A DNA stretch of 44,874 bases from a virus, in IMG/VR virus record IMGVR_UViG_3300033143_001480, positions 1 through 44,874 of that record. One strand, given 5' to 3'. Shown one piece after another: positions 1 to 8,800 of the stretch; position 1 is the first letter of the stretch; each line of letters begins with the position of its first letter. A model generated the notes under the pieces. The model made no database searches, was not told where the DNA came from, and saw only the letters and a program-made list of their open reading frames with translations. Made by a program: the position numbers and the translations under genes.

Positions 1-114
1 CAGTCTCAGCCTTAACTGCTGCAATAGCTGCTGTATGGTCTGCTGTTTGTGGAGTATGGCCTGTTACATTAACTTCACCAGGTGTTGATGAAGCAGAAGT
101 AATTACAGTTTGAG
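1..114. repeat. Terminal direct repeat, copy 1 (identical to 44761..44874)
   Basis: Base-by-base comparison shows positions 1-114 and 44761-44874 are identical. The repeat lies inside a - strand ORF, so it is most simply a circular-assembly overlap. Confidence 0.97.
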
Positions 115-364
115 AAACTGGTAGGCAGGATGCTTTATAAGCTGTAACTACAAATGCTGTATAGTTTGTTTCAGCTTGTGTTGGGGTATAGTAAACAACA
201 TTAGAAGATGCCCCATAGCTGATCGTTCCACCGCCTGCTGATTCTGCTCCACCTTCAGCACGAACTACAACTGATACACCAGAACTTTGTACTGTTCCAT
301 CAGCTATTAATATGACAGCTCCTATAGCAATTCTTGGAGGAGAAGCATTATTTTTTGGGTACAT
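1..364 (-). CDS. 5' part of a wrap-around gene (ATG at 364..362) for a 357-aa tail-fibre-like virion protein; continues in frame at 44760..44051
   Basis: My reverse-strand translation from ATG 364 (MYPKNNASPPRIAIGAVILIADGT...) stays open to position 1. The frame joins 44760 and the ORF-track ORF 44051..44752, whose first residue is an internal GTG. The ATG overlaps the stop of 364..918 (TAATG). Confidence 0.75.
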   Translation of the reverse strand, partial: MYPKNNASPPRIAIGAVILIADGTVQSSGVSVVVRAEGGAESAGGGTISYGASSNVVYYTPTQAETNYTAFVVTAYKASCLPVSQTVITSASSTPGEVNVTGHTPQTADHTAAIAAVKAET

Positions 365-918
365 TATATTAGTCCTGACCTGTTAATTACAAAATATGGC
401 TTAAATCCACCAGCCGCAACAAAATCAACCGTAAATGTCGGGCTTGCTGTCACATCTATCGCACTTGTCACCAATACCGCCGCCGGAATAGTACACGTTA
501 TTATTTCTTGTGCGCTTATATCATAACCAGCTTGAGCCGTTAATGTAATTGTAGCTACTGTTGAGCTAGTTCGCACGACTGCCGTGGTTACTTCTTTGTC
601 TCTTACTTCGTTGTTCCAGCCGTTTGTCGGGCTACTTGCAGCGTCTAGGCCGTCTATTAGGGCTTGTGTGTCTGCTGTCGAACCTATTGGCCCCGTTCCC
701 GCCGCTGCCCATGTGTCACCAGTTAGAGTGAGGATTATTGTCTTACTACCAGTAACAATGTCACTTTCATTTATTGAAGCTGTGACAGTTCCGGTTAATG
801 CTGCTGCTGTTCCTGCTGCACCACTAGCTTCTTTAAATGTAGCTAAAAAAGTAGGATTTACATCGCCGCTAGTACCGTCACTAATAGTATCTCTTGCCGT
901 TGGGTTTATTTCACCCAT
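364..918 (-). CDS. Virion/fibre-associated protein with Ig-like beta-sandwich-type repeats (184 aa)
   Basis: Tightly coupled ORF with 1-nt overlaps at both ends. Repeated TIILTLTGDTW / TVATITLTAQAGY strands. Sits between a beta-helix protein and the fibre-like gene. Confidence 0.6.
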   Translation of the reverse strand: MGEINPTARDTISDGTSGDVNPTFLATFKEASGAAGTAAALTGTVTASINESDIVTGSKTIILTLTGDTWAAAGTGPIGSTADTQALIDGLDAASSPTNGWNNEVRDKEVTTAVVRTSSTVATITLTAQAGYDISAQEIITCTIPAAVLVTSAIDVTASPTFTVDFVAAGGFKPYFVINRSGLI

Positions 919-2234
919 CAGCTAATCACAACATCAGCGTCAAAATAAATAATTGCAGGTGAATTAGCCATGCAAACACCCGATATTTCGACAACGCCCT
1001 GCTGACCTTGAGTCACTCCACTTGACCCAGTTACAACATGGCAGTGCTGTGTTTTCTCTGCTGAAAATCCACTTGTGCCTGCCCAGCTTTCTGAATTAGT
1101 TGTTTGATCTGCTGGTGTTGCATCCCATTTGGGCAATTGGTAATTAGCATCAACACCTAAAATATCACTAATTAATACACCTTCCGTTGTTCCATTTTTT
1201 TTATACTCTGCCTGTATTCCAACTTCGTCATCTTGCAAATTCGCGCCATTATCACAAGTAATATTTATTTTTATTGTTTTTGCCGCTGCTAAATTTGATT
1301 CAGTTTCTACAATCGGAAATACAAAAGGGGTATCGTAGCTCGCATAACTAGTTGGCGATGCTTTCCATGACCAGCCCTGAGAGCTATATGAAGCGTTTAG
1401 ATAAATTCCTGTATCAATAATCGCAGATCCGTATAGATCATGATATTCAGAGCGTAACCCATTTGCTTCATCACAATCGATAACTTTAACAAACGATCCA
1501 ATTGTTTGGATTGCTCCAGATATTACCGATAGGCTCGCCGGCAAATCACAACGCCTTAATGTAACTCTAATATCGTATGTTGACGTTGATGTTGGCTTTA
1601 CAACACCAACCAAAACTTGCGATAAATCTATATTGTCAAAAATAAAAGTGCCGCCGGCAGATGCTTGTATAAGTTCATCTCTACCGGATACCGATGATGT
1701 ATAAGCACTATTTTTCCAGATTAAAACACTAGCTTTATTGCCCCGAATTTGTGTGTATGATGATCCTGTATCTTTTAAATCAAAGTTGTCCAGTGTGACA
1801 ACGTTCATCGCACTATTGCCCATAGTTCTAAAACCACTCGATGCTTTATTTGTGTGGCTACCGTTTTTTAGCGTGACATTTGCATACGATCCACCGAAAA
1901 ATAAACCGCCCACGGATTGAATATCAACACCGTCCGCAATTACAGACCCTGTGATTGTCATTGTTCCACCCGTGGTTGTACCCTCCAAAGCGCCCGTGCT
2001 CTGAATGTCCACATCAGCATCTGTCACACACTTTAAATAGACTGGATTGACTGACGTGCCTGGTGACACCCATGTCTTTGTAACACTAAGCCAGTCTTTG
2101 TCATGTGCATCAGATACATAAATAGTATCACCAGCCGCTGCGCTATCTAAAGCAACATCAATGGAGTCATAAATAGTCGGTGACCCTGGAGGGGCCGCCC
2201 ATACGCTCCCCTCTTTTGCATATAAATCAGCCAT
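918..2234 (-). CDS. Right-handed beta-helix (pectate-lyase-fold-like) tailspike/depolymerase candidate (438 aa)
   Basis: N-terminal AAAGDTIYVSDAHD motif. Periodic rungs VTLKNGSHT, VTLDNFDLK, LIWKNSAYT, FIFDNIDLS. G/S/T/N-rich. Located in the late arm. Confidence 0.55.
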   Translation of the reverse strand: MADLYAKEGSVWAAPPGSPTIYDSIDVALDSAAAGDTIYVSDAHDKDWLSVTKTWVSPGTSVNPVYLKCVTDADVDIQSTGALEGTTTGGTMTITGSVIADGVDIQSVGGLFFGGSYANVTLKNGSHTNKASSGFRTMGNSAMNVVTLDNFDLKDTGSSYTQIRGNKASVLIWKNSAYTSSVSGRDELIQASAGGTFIFDNIDLSQVLVGVVKPTSTSTYDIRVTLRRCDLPASLSVISGAIQTIGSFVKVIDCDEANGLRSEYHDLYGSAIIDTGIYLNASYSSQGWSWKASPTSYASYDTPFVFPIVETESNLAAAKTIKINITCDNGANLQDDEVGIQAEYKKNGTTEGVLISDILGVDANYQLPKWDATPADQTTNSESWAGTSGFSAEKTQHCHVVTGSSGVTQGQQGVVEISGVCMANSPAIIYFDADVVIS

Positions 2235-2767
2235 TATTTAAAACTCTCAGGTAATTTATTCCACACAGAATCATTATCAGTATTAACAAAGAAACTCGCT
2301 GAATCTGCATTAGTAAATCGAGCATCTATTAAATTATAATCAACCACATCAATTCCTAAATAAGTCGAACGCTGTCCATTATTATTCCCACCTCTATTTT
2401 CTACTGTTTGAAAAAATGGATAAGCATTGTAAAAGCTATAAATATTATCGAGCAACATCAACCGACCTAATACTTTTCGATCAAACTCTGGCTGTGCCTG
2501 ATGATCTGGTACTACATCAATAGTTAATCCTGATTCCATACGACTAAGTGCGGCTTGTATTTCCTGCTCAGCTAAACTAGCTAAAATACTGGGTTCTAAA
2601 TTACTTCGTACGATTGCATATTCTGTTTCAGTACCACTACCAGTTACTTTCTGTGGGCCACGTTTAGATACATTACCTAAATGATCAACAAAATAATGAG
2701 TAACATAGCGCCGCCCATCGGCTTGTAAATGCGAGTCTGCTTGTGTGTTACTTGATGCTATGCTCAT
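2234..2767 (-). CDS. Hypothetical virion-module protein (177 aa)
   Basis: Long ORF whose stop overlaps the start of 918..2234 by 1 nt. No motif recognised. Confidence 0.6.
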   Translation of the reverse strand: MSIASSNTQADSHLQADGRRYVTHYFVDHLGNVSKRGPQKVTGSGTETEYAIVRSNLEPSILASLAEQEIQAALSRMESGLTIDVVPDHQAQPEFDRKVLGRLMLLDNIYSFYNAYPFFQTVENRGGNNNGQRSTYLGIDVVDYNLIDARFTNADSASFFVNTDNDSVWNKLPESFK

Positions 2768-2846
2768 AACTCTCTCTTATGTAAATTAGTCCCGACTATC
2801 TCAGTGAATCCACGCACTATAAAATCTGTAGATAACGCCAGCACAG

Positions 2847-3122
2847 CTAATATAAACCAGCTAACTCAGTAGCTGTAGTTCCAGTAGCTAGCACCTGAGC
2901 TACTCTAAAAGGATACACCTGTCCAGCTAAGAGATTCTTAAATGTGAAGGTAGTTCCATCATTAAACTCTACTGCTAAGTCACCTGCACCGCCTATATAA
3001 ATAGAGCGAGTAAAGGTAGGTAGGTTGTCATCTGCAGTATCTGTAGGAGTGATAGCTGCTGCATAGGAAGCTGGCGCTTGCTGTCCTGACGCAGAGAAGT
3101 CTCTAGGATTGATTTTAGCCAT
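2847..3122 (-). CDS. Small structural-module protein (91 aa)
   Basis: ORF 12 nt downstream of 3135..3536. Beta-rich, ends TGTTATELAGLY. Function not recognised. Confidence 0.55.
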   Translation of the reverse strand: MAKINPRDFSASGQQAPASYAAAITPTDTADDNLPTFTRSIYIGGAGDLAVEFNDGTTFTFKNLLAGQVYPFRVAQVLATGTTATELAGLY

Positions 3123-3134
3123 TAGAGGTGTCCT

Positions 3135-3536
3135 TTACTTAGAAGCTTGTGTGTGAGAAGCAGCAGAAAGTTTAGTTAACGCTGCTGTAGAGAGAGCACC
3201 TACAGGAGAAGCTTCCTTCCCTTTTGGAGCTATATCTTCAGGAGATTCTGCAGCTTCATTTAGGTTAGCTGCCTGCTCTGCTAAGATCTCTGCTCGCAGG
3301 CGCTTCTTAAGAGCTGCCATTGGATCTAAATCCTCAGAAGTTACTGGCTCGCCTTTAGTAATAAATCGGATACCAGCTGCTATCTCATCATCTAGGTATT
3401 CGATCTCTTCAGGAATACAGGTAATATGCTTGCCTTTAATGAAGTTAATACGACGTCCCTTGGGAGTCATCATACGAAAAGAAGACTTAGGAGAGGAGTA
3501 AGTCTGGAACTGTTTTTCTTTGGCTGTTTGGGTCAT
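3135..3536 (-). CDS. Hypothetical structural-module protein (133 aa)
   Basis: First ORF after the post-capsid terminator. Charged helical C-terminal half. Confidence 0.55.
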   Translation of the reverse strand: MTQTAKEKQFQTYSSPKSSFRMMTPKGRRINFIKGKHITCIPEEIEYLDDEIAAGIRFITKGEPVTSEDLDPMAALKKRLRAEILAEQAANLNEAAESPEDIAPKGKEASPVGALSTAALTKLSAASHTQASK

Positions 3537-3595
3537 TTTATATCTACCTATATAGTCAGGTTATAAGAGCTGGGTTACTTGTGTCTGCTACGCAG

Positions 3596-3636
3596 AAAAA
3601 GTTAGCTACCTTAAGGAAAACCCTAAGATAACTAAC
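3596..3636 (-). terminator. Rho-independent terminator/attenuator just downstream of the major capsid gene
   Basis: On the - strand RNA, a 16-bp stem (3636..3621 pairs with 3616..3601, 3 G-U pairs) with loop UUUU, followed by UUUUU (3600..3596). Confidence 0.8.
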
Positions 3637-3662
3637 TTATTAAGCTTTATAAACCTTAGGTG

Positions 3663-4886
3663 CTAGCCGCTAGCAGCTGCAGTCAAATTGGTTAAGATCA
3701 TGTTAGCGGGAGGATTCTTAACTACAGTAGTCATCTCTGTAGTAAGAGTACCGCCGATAGCATCGATACCATCATCAGCAGCTTGGTCACCAGCAGTGTT
3801 GAACTCTTTAGATACAGTCTTACGACCGCCTAGGTAAGCAGCACGGAAGGTAGCTAAATCTACCCCGACAGCCATCTTAGCCCAGTCAGCATTAGAGTTG
3901 AACAAAGGATGCTCGATAAGACGAAACTTACCACGAGCTGTAGATAGAGTAGCGAACTGTAAACCCCAGTTAGTCTGCCCATCGATAAGCTGATAAGTAC
4001 CATTCAAGCGACCGATGTTGTTAAGGACAACCTTAGCAGCACCGCCACAGAATAGAACTCGCTCGTTAGCGCCTTTAGGATCAGTAGCTTGATCGAATAC
4101 TGGGTCTAAGAAGCCTTCCAACTGAGTCCAGTTAGTAGTCGCACCAGCAGCATTAACATTAACTGCAGCATAACTAGAAGGGTAGTAAGAGAGGTTACTA
4201 ACGATATTATGCAAACCATCCATAGTACGGAAAGGTTGTCCGTTACGAGTACCTTGCGACTTCTGACCAAAGAAGAGAGCTTTCTCGATATCAGCTGCAT
4301 GTAACGCAGCACAATCCTGACGAGATTCAGCTTCAGTTGACTCGCCAGCAATTACATTAGTAGCTGCAGTAGTACCAGATAACGCCCAAGTATTACGAAA
4401 GATCTGTGTAAGATTAGTAATACGAACTGGGATGATATTATTAGCGGTAGGACGAGTTGAAGACTCTTCAAACGCATTACCTACTTGATACCACTTATCA
4501 GCATCAGTGATAGTTGCAGCTGCTACAGAACCTACAGAGCGGCCAACTTCTACAGTAGTAGTAGAAGAAACTGAATTGATGATGATATTCTCTCCAGTAG
4601 TCTCATTACGCATGATCATGCCAGGTAAGACGTTAGCAGTGGTGTTCATAGTAAGAGTGGTGGAACCAGCTGCTACTAGACCGTTGTTTGTCTCCATCTC
4701 AGGGAACAAAGCAGTCTTAGTGAAGAAGCCGTGCTCAACCTGAACAGCAGTTTCATCAGCTAACATAGAAGTTAAGCCGAATAAGGGAGCTGAGCCGTTA
4801 GGCATCAGCCGTGTGATCATAGAAGCGAATGATGTCGCTTGCAGATCAGTAGTAAAATTACCAGTATTAAATATACCTGTAGACAT
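3663..4886 (-). CDS. Major capsid protein (407 aa)
   Basis: Size and position fit: portal, scaffold, a 138-aa ORF, then this ORF. SD GAGGT lies upstream and a strong terminator lies 26 nt downstream. The family cannot be verified without a search. Confidence 0.75.
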   Translation of the reverse strand: MSTGIFNTGNFTTDLQATSFASMITRLMPNGSAPLFGLTSMLADETAVQVEHGFFTKTALFPEMETNNGLVAAGSTTLTMNTTANVLPGMIMRNETTGENIIINSVSSTTTVEVGRSVGSVAAATITDADKWYQVGNAFEESSTRPTANNIIPVRITNLTQIFRNTWALSGTTAATNVIAGESTEAESRQDCAALHAADIEKALFFGQKSQGTRNGQPFRTMDGLHNIVSNLSYYPSSYAAVNVNAAGATTNWTQLEGFLDPVFDQATDPKGANERVLFCGGAAKVVLNNIGRLNGTYQLIDGQTNWGLQFATLSTARGKFRLIEHPLFNSNADWAKMAVGVDLATFRAAYLGGRKTVSKEFNTAGDQAADDGIDAIGGTLTTEMTTVVKNPPANMILTNLTAAASG

Positions 4887-4944
4887 TTTAAATTACCTCT
4901 CGAAGAGTGATTAGGTTTACGCTTAGAACCAGAGCTGCCAGTTC

Positions 4945-5361
4945 CTAGTATAAGTCCATAGTAGCTGCAGCAGTCTTAACTAGAGTAAAGACTCTGGTAG
5001 ACTGGGGAGGAACAGATAAAGTATTATTAGCACCTATAGCTGTCTGGCCTGTACCGACTGCGATTACAACATCAAAAGCACCGACTTGAGAGTTAGTGAC
5101 CATGAAGGAATAAGCATCTCCGATATCCATAGCTAACATCTCAGCTAGTAAGAGAGCAGAGGTAGGGAGTGTGTATACAACATCACTGGTAAGAGTAACG
5201 CCTTGGTGGATCAAACCGCCAGAGACTTCAGCTGCCGTTAAGGTAGCGTCAGTTTCAGCAGCTTTATTAGTAGGAGCAAAATTAGCTAGTAAACCTGCTC
5301 CTACCCGCATTGGTTGTGGGAGATGTGAGTCCCCCGATATAAGAGCACGATTAAAGCCCAT
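4945..5361 (-). CDS. Hypothetical head-module protein (138 aa), possible decoration/accessory protein
   Basis: Beta-rich ORF between the scaffold candidate and the capsid gene. Confidence 0.55.
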   Translation of the reverse strand: MGFNRALISGDSHLPQPMRVGAGLLANFAPTNKAAETDATLTAAEVSGGLIHQGVTLTSDVVYTLPTSALLLAEMLAMDIGDAYSFMVTNSQVGAFDVVIAVGTGQTAIGANNTLSVPPQSTRVFTLVKTAAATMDLY

Positions 5362-5400
5362 AATGAATCTCCTTAGAAATTAGTGTAAGTAAGCTATGAA

Positions 5401-6144
5401 CTAGAGTAAGAACTTAGAGAAGTCTTGCGCCACCGGTGCTCCTGGAATAGCTGGAGCTTTAGGTGCGAATGCTTCTCCCATGACGGTAATATACCGCTCA
5501 GTCATTTCTGCTAGTTGCGTAGGTGTAGCGTCTGGGAACTGGCCAGCTAGTTGCGTACGGGCAGCTTCCATAATAGGTTTAACAGCGGGATTGGAGAACA
5601 GTGGGTTAGACTCTGCAATGGTGTTAGCAGTAGCTTGGTTGCGGATCATTTCTGGGAGAGCTGCATCTTGTGCTGTCTTCATGCCATTAACAGCTTGTGT
5701 GATCATCTTGTTAGCTGCTAGTGTTGACTGCATTACTGATTGTTGAGCTACCGCGTTGATAGTTTCTGTTAAAGCTGCTACAGCTCCTTCACCGCCTGCA
5801 GTGATAGCTGCTAAGTTCTCAGGAGTAACTGTCTGAGTGAAGTTAGCTTTACCTAAGACTTCTTGTAACTTAGCTGGATCAAGTGCGACTGGAGTTCCGT
5901 CAGGTTTACCAGTAGTGTCTATAGGTTCCCACATTTTCTCAAACTCAGCAAGAGGCGAATTAGGAACAGGGGCTGCTCCAGGGACAGCTGGCGGAGTGAG
6001 TCCGTTAGGTTCAGTTGCAGGCGCAGTAGGTGCAGCAGCTCCTGCGTTATCAGGGATATTACCTGGATTACCTGGTGTTAGTTCAGGAGGTGGAGCTGCT
6101 ACTGGAGTAGGTGTATCGCTGCCGAATAAGTTTAAAAAGCCCAT
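5401..6144 (-). CDS. Scaffolding protein candidate (247 aa)
   Basis: Pro/Ala-rich N-terminus, then a long helical Ala/Gln-rich region. Canonical position between portal and capsid genes. Confidence 0.6.
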   Translation of the reverse strand: MGFLNLFGSDTPTPVAAPPPELTPGNPGNIPDNAGAAAPTAPATEPNGLTPPAVPGAAPVPNSPLAEFEKMWEPIDTTGKPDGTPVALDPAKLQEVLGKANFTQTVTPENLAAITAGGEGAVAALTETINAVAQQSVMQSTLAANKMITQAVNGMKTAQDAALPEMIRNQATANTIAESNPLFSNPAVKPIMEAARTQLAGQFPDATPTQLAEMTERYITVMGEAFAPKAPAIPGAPVAQDFSKFLL

Positions 6145-6147
6145 GGG

Positions 6148-6432
6148 TTATTCCTCTATAGTTTGGTTAGGATCGTTCATTAGTTGCTCAGAAGCATCTG
6201 AGAGTTCTAGTATATAAGATAAGGCTGCTATCTGTCCTGCTAAGGATGCTTCTTGTTGGATAAAGTGCTTAGCGTGCTCAGGATCGAAGACTAGAAGGAG
6301 CTTCTCCTCTGCTACTATTGATAGTCGGTTCTGTATTACTTGCTTCTGGTTTACTGTGAGTATCTGTCCTTGTAACTCCTCTAAGTCTGTCAGTTGGTAA
6401 GATGAAAATGTATTAGGTATTAGGTGTGCCAT
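6148..6432 (-). CDS. Hypothetical head-module protein (94 aa)
   Basis: ORF fills the portal-scaffold gap and ends 3 nt before the scaffold start. Confidence 0.55.
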   Translation of the reverse strand: MAHLIPNTFSSYQLTDLEELQGQILTVNQKQVIQNRLSIVAEEKLLLVFDPEHAKHFIQQEASLAGQIAALSYILELSDASEQLMNDPNQTIEE

Positions 6433-6467
6433 TAGGTGGTAGGTCCTTTCTTGTTATTTGATTCGGT

Positions 6468-8522
6468 TTATATTGCTGGTGATGCTGGTGGAGGTGTCGC
6501 TTCTGTCGCTTCTGTCGCTGCTTCTCTCTGAGGAGACTCTCCGCTATTAGACTCTTCTCCCTCAGGCGCTGGCTTATTCTTAGCAGGAGTATATCCGAAG
6601 TCAGCAGGAAGAGGCTGTGGAGGTAACTTCTCAGGGTCGATACCATTCTCGATTGCAGTAGTAGCAAGTTGCTGCCACATATTAGCTGCTTGCTCATAAG
6701 CTTGCTGCTCAGCAGACTTTTCGAAGTCAGTTATCTTAGCTCCCTGCGTCTTCATGAAGTAAGAGAATAACTGACCTATGTTGTAAGCAGCTCCTATCTG
6801 AGGAGAAGAGCCTATAACTTGTAAGGCTACTGCAAAGGTCTCTCCATTAATAAGTTTTTCTGTAGGTACTAAGCCGTCTGAAATCTTAAAGTTAAGGATA
6901 GCTTTTCGTAACTTTATTGGATCTACCTCTACAGCTATCTGCTTATCTCTATTATATACTGTAGTGCCTCCTTGGTACTGGAGGATATTAATCTTAAGAA
7001 CTTCTTTTAGGGGAGTAAAAACCTGAGCCTCTAGTAAGATAGCTACCATCTGATCGCTACCGTTAGCATTAGACATGACATCTTCATATTCGTGTAAAGT
7101 CTTATTCCCTTTTACGAACTGTCCCTGAGAGGCTTGATTCTGTCCTGAGAGAGTGTTAGCTAACCCTAGTACTTGCTGAATGTTATTCATAGAGAATGAA
7201 GCTTGATCTTCTCTGTAAGGAAACTGATACACAGCATCGGAGATAGTCTTACCGTACGCAGCAGAGCGAACAGGTATCTTAGCTGCACTGTTCGGGGAGT
7301 TAATATGAGCAGCTGTTATACGGGAAGGATCATAAAGGAGTCTGTCTGTAACAGCTCTGCGACGGGAATGGATGATAGAGTTCATTAAACCAGAAGCTAC
7401 TTCCTGGAAAGGAACTACATCTGTAGCTGCTGACTTAGTTTGGTATTCTAAGCCATCTTCTAAAGGCTGTCCTATGAAGATAGGGAGTAAGTTATGTGCA
7501 TTAGTCTGACGCTCACAGTAGATGATATGCTGATCATTGATTATGATTAACTTGTATATCTGTGGAGTGTTAGATTTAGGTACTGCAAGAGAGAACTCAG
7601 AAGGAAGGACTCTGCAGTAGAGAGTAGTTACCTCGTATGAATCCTTATATTGGATATCTTTCTTTAGACTAGATAGTCCTGCCCAAGATAACCAGTTAGA
7701 GCCTTCGTTAGATTCCTTAGGGTTAGTTACCTCTGGGTTAACAGAAGGTACAAAGAAGCCTGTAGTGGAATCTACGGTTACGCCGCTAGAGCCTATGCCA
7801 GATTCGAATGCACTTTTGATGTTAGTAATGATCTTATCAGGAAGAGCTGCTATGAACTGTTTAAGCTCTATGCGAGACATTCTTTCTTTATAACCTGCAA
7901 ACTCTCCTTTGGTATGTACCTCTGTAGGCTTAACCCTAGGATCTACGAAGGTGTTATAAGGATCTAAGCGCTTGACTCTGTTACCTGCCCATATATGCTC
8001 TACTGGCTTGCCCTCTGAGATAGAAGTCTGAACGTCTGTTTCTATCGCAGGAGTTACCTCAGAGACCCAAGTTACTTCCAAGGGAGCGAAGTTATACTTA
8101 AAGCCATCTTGAAAGAATAGGAGAAATTGCTTAGTCCATCCACCTTTTATAGCATTCTCGTCTATTACAGACTCTAGCTGTACAGCTTCGTCCATATACT
8201 TAGGTTCAGCTACTGCTCCAAAGAGAGGAACTCCCGTAAGAAAGACCGATGCTTGGTAGGCTACAGCTGTTCTTACATGAGGAGCTACTACAGGGATGGT
8301 GATATTTTGTAGGCGATCGCTGTTACCAGCCTTGTTAGCTGCCTTGGCTCGGCGCTGTTCTATTGTTAGATCCGTCTCTCTCTGGTAAGCCTTATCTACA
8401 GCTTCCATACGAGAGCGCAGGCCTGAGCGAAAGGTAGATTGGAGTTCTTGAGTCTGCTTGTAGTACTGGATAAAGGATAGTTGGGAGGTAACGGATAGAG
8501 GTACTGAGGTTGAAGCTGCCAT
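6468..8522 (-). CDS. Portal protein candidate (684 aa)
   Basis: Size and position downstream of terL. SD AGGAG lies within the end of the upstream ORF. The acidic/Pro-rich C-terminal tail includes an ATEATEAT repeat. Confidence 0.7.
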   Translation of the reverse strand: MAASTSVPLSVTSQLSFIQYYKQTQELQSTFRSGLRSRMEAVDKAYQRETDLTIEQRRAKAANKAGNSDRLQNITIPVVAPHVRTAVAYQASVFLTGVPLFGAVAEPKYMDEAVQLESVIDENAIKGGWTKQFLLFFQDGFKYNFAPLEVTWVSEVTPAIETDVQTSISEGKPVEHIWAGNRVKRLDPYNTFVDPRVKPTEVHTKGEFAGYKERMSRIELKQFIAALPDKIITNIKSAFESGIGSSGVTVDSTTGFFVPSVNPEVTNPKESNEGSNWLSWAGLSSLKKDIQYKDSYEVTTLYCRVLPSEFSLAVPKSNTPQIYKLIIINDQHIIYCERQTNAHNLLPIFIGQPLEDGLEYQTKSAATDVVPFQEVASGLMNSIIHSRRRAVTDRLLYDPSRITAAHINSPNSAAKIPVRSAAYGKTISDAVYQFPYREDQASFSMNNIQQVLGLANTLSGQNQASQGQFVKGNKTLHEYEDVMSNANGSDQMVAILLEAQVFTPLKEVLKINILQYQGGTTVYNRDKQIAVEVDPIKLRKAILNFKISDGLVPTEKLINGETFAVALQVIGSSPQIGAAYNIGQLFSYFMKTQGAKITDFEKSAEQQAYEQAANMWQQLATTAIENGIDPEKLPPQPLPADFGYTPAKNKPAPEGEESNSGESPQREAATEATEATPPPASPAI

Positions 8523-8527
8523 AAGAA

Positions 8528-8779
8528 CTACTCTCCTGCAGGAATTGTATTGCGTTCGCCGAATACGCCAGCGGAGCAGTGGTAAATATCGTCGTTCCTA
8601 AGATAAACTACGTAATCGCCCACTTCAGGCAGTTCGTAAGCTTTAAAGGTTATTGTGCCTGCCTCTTCCGCCGTCAGTAGGTAAGTAGCTTCTGTGCCCT
8701 CCACCTTATTGATAACATCTGTAGCTTGTATCTTGCGAGCAGTACATATTACTGGCTTGCTTTGGTATTCTTTAAACAT
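8528..8779 (-). CDS. Hypothetical protein (83 aa)
   Basis: ORF between terL and the portal. Its 3' end carries the portal SD. Confidence 0.55.
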   Translation of the reverse strand: MFKEYQSKPVICTARKIQATDVINKVEGTEATYLLTAEEAGTITFKAYELPEVGDYVVYLRNDDIYHCSAGVFGERNTIPAGE

Positions 8780-8800
8780 TTAAGGAGTCCTTTAAGGTAG

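Noticed and set aside
6413-6697. A 94-aa - strand ORF overlapping the portal 3' end in another frame.
   Set aside because: It is generated by the GTCGCTTCT-type repeat that encodes the ATEATEAT portal tail (giving QRQKRQKR in the alternative frame). It also overlaps the start of the better-supported 6148..6432 ORF.
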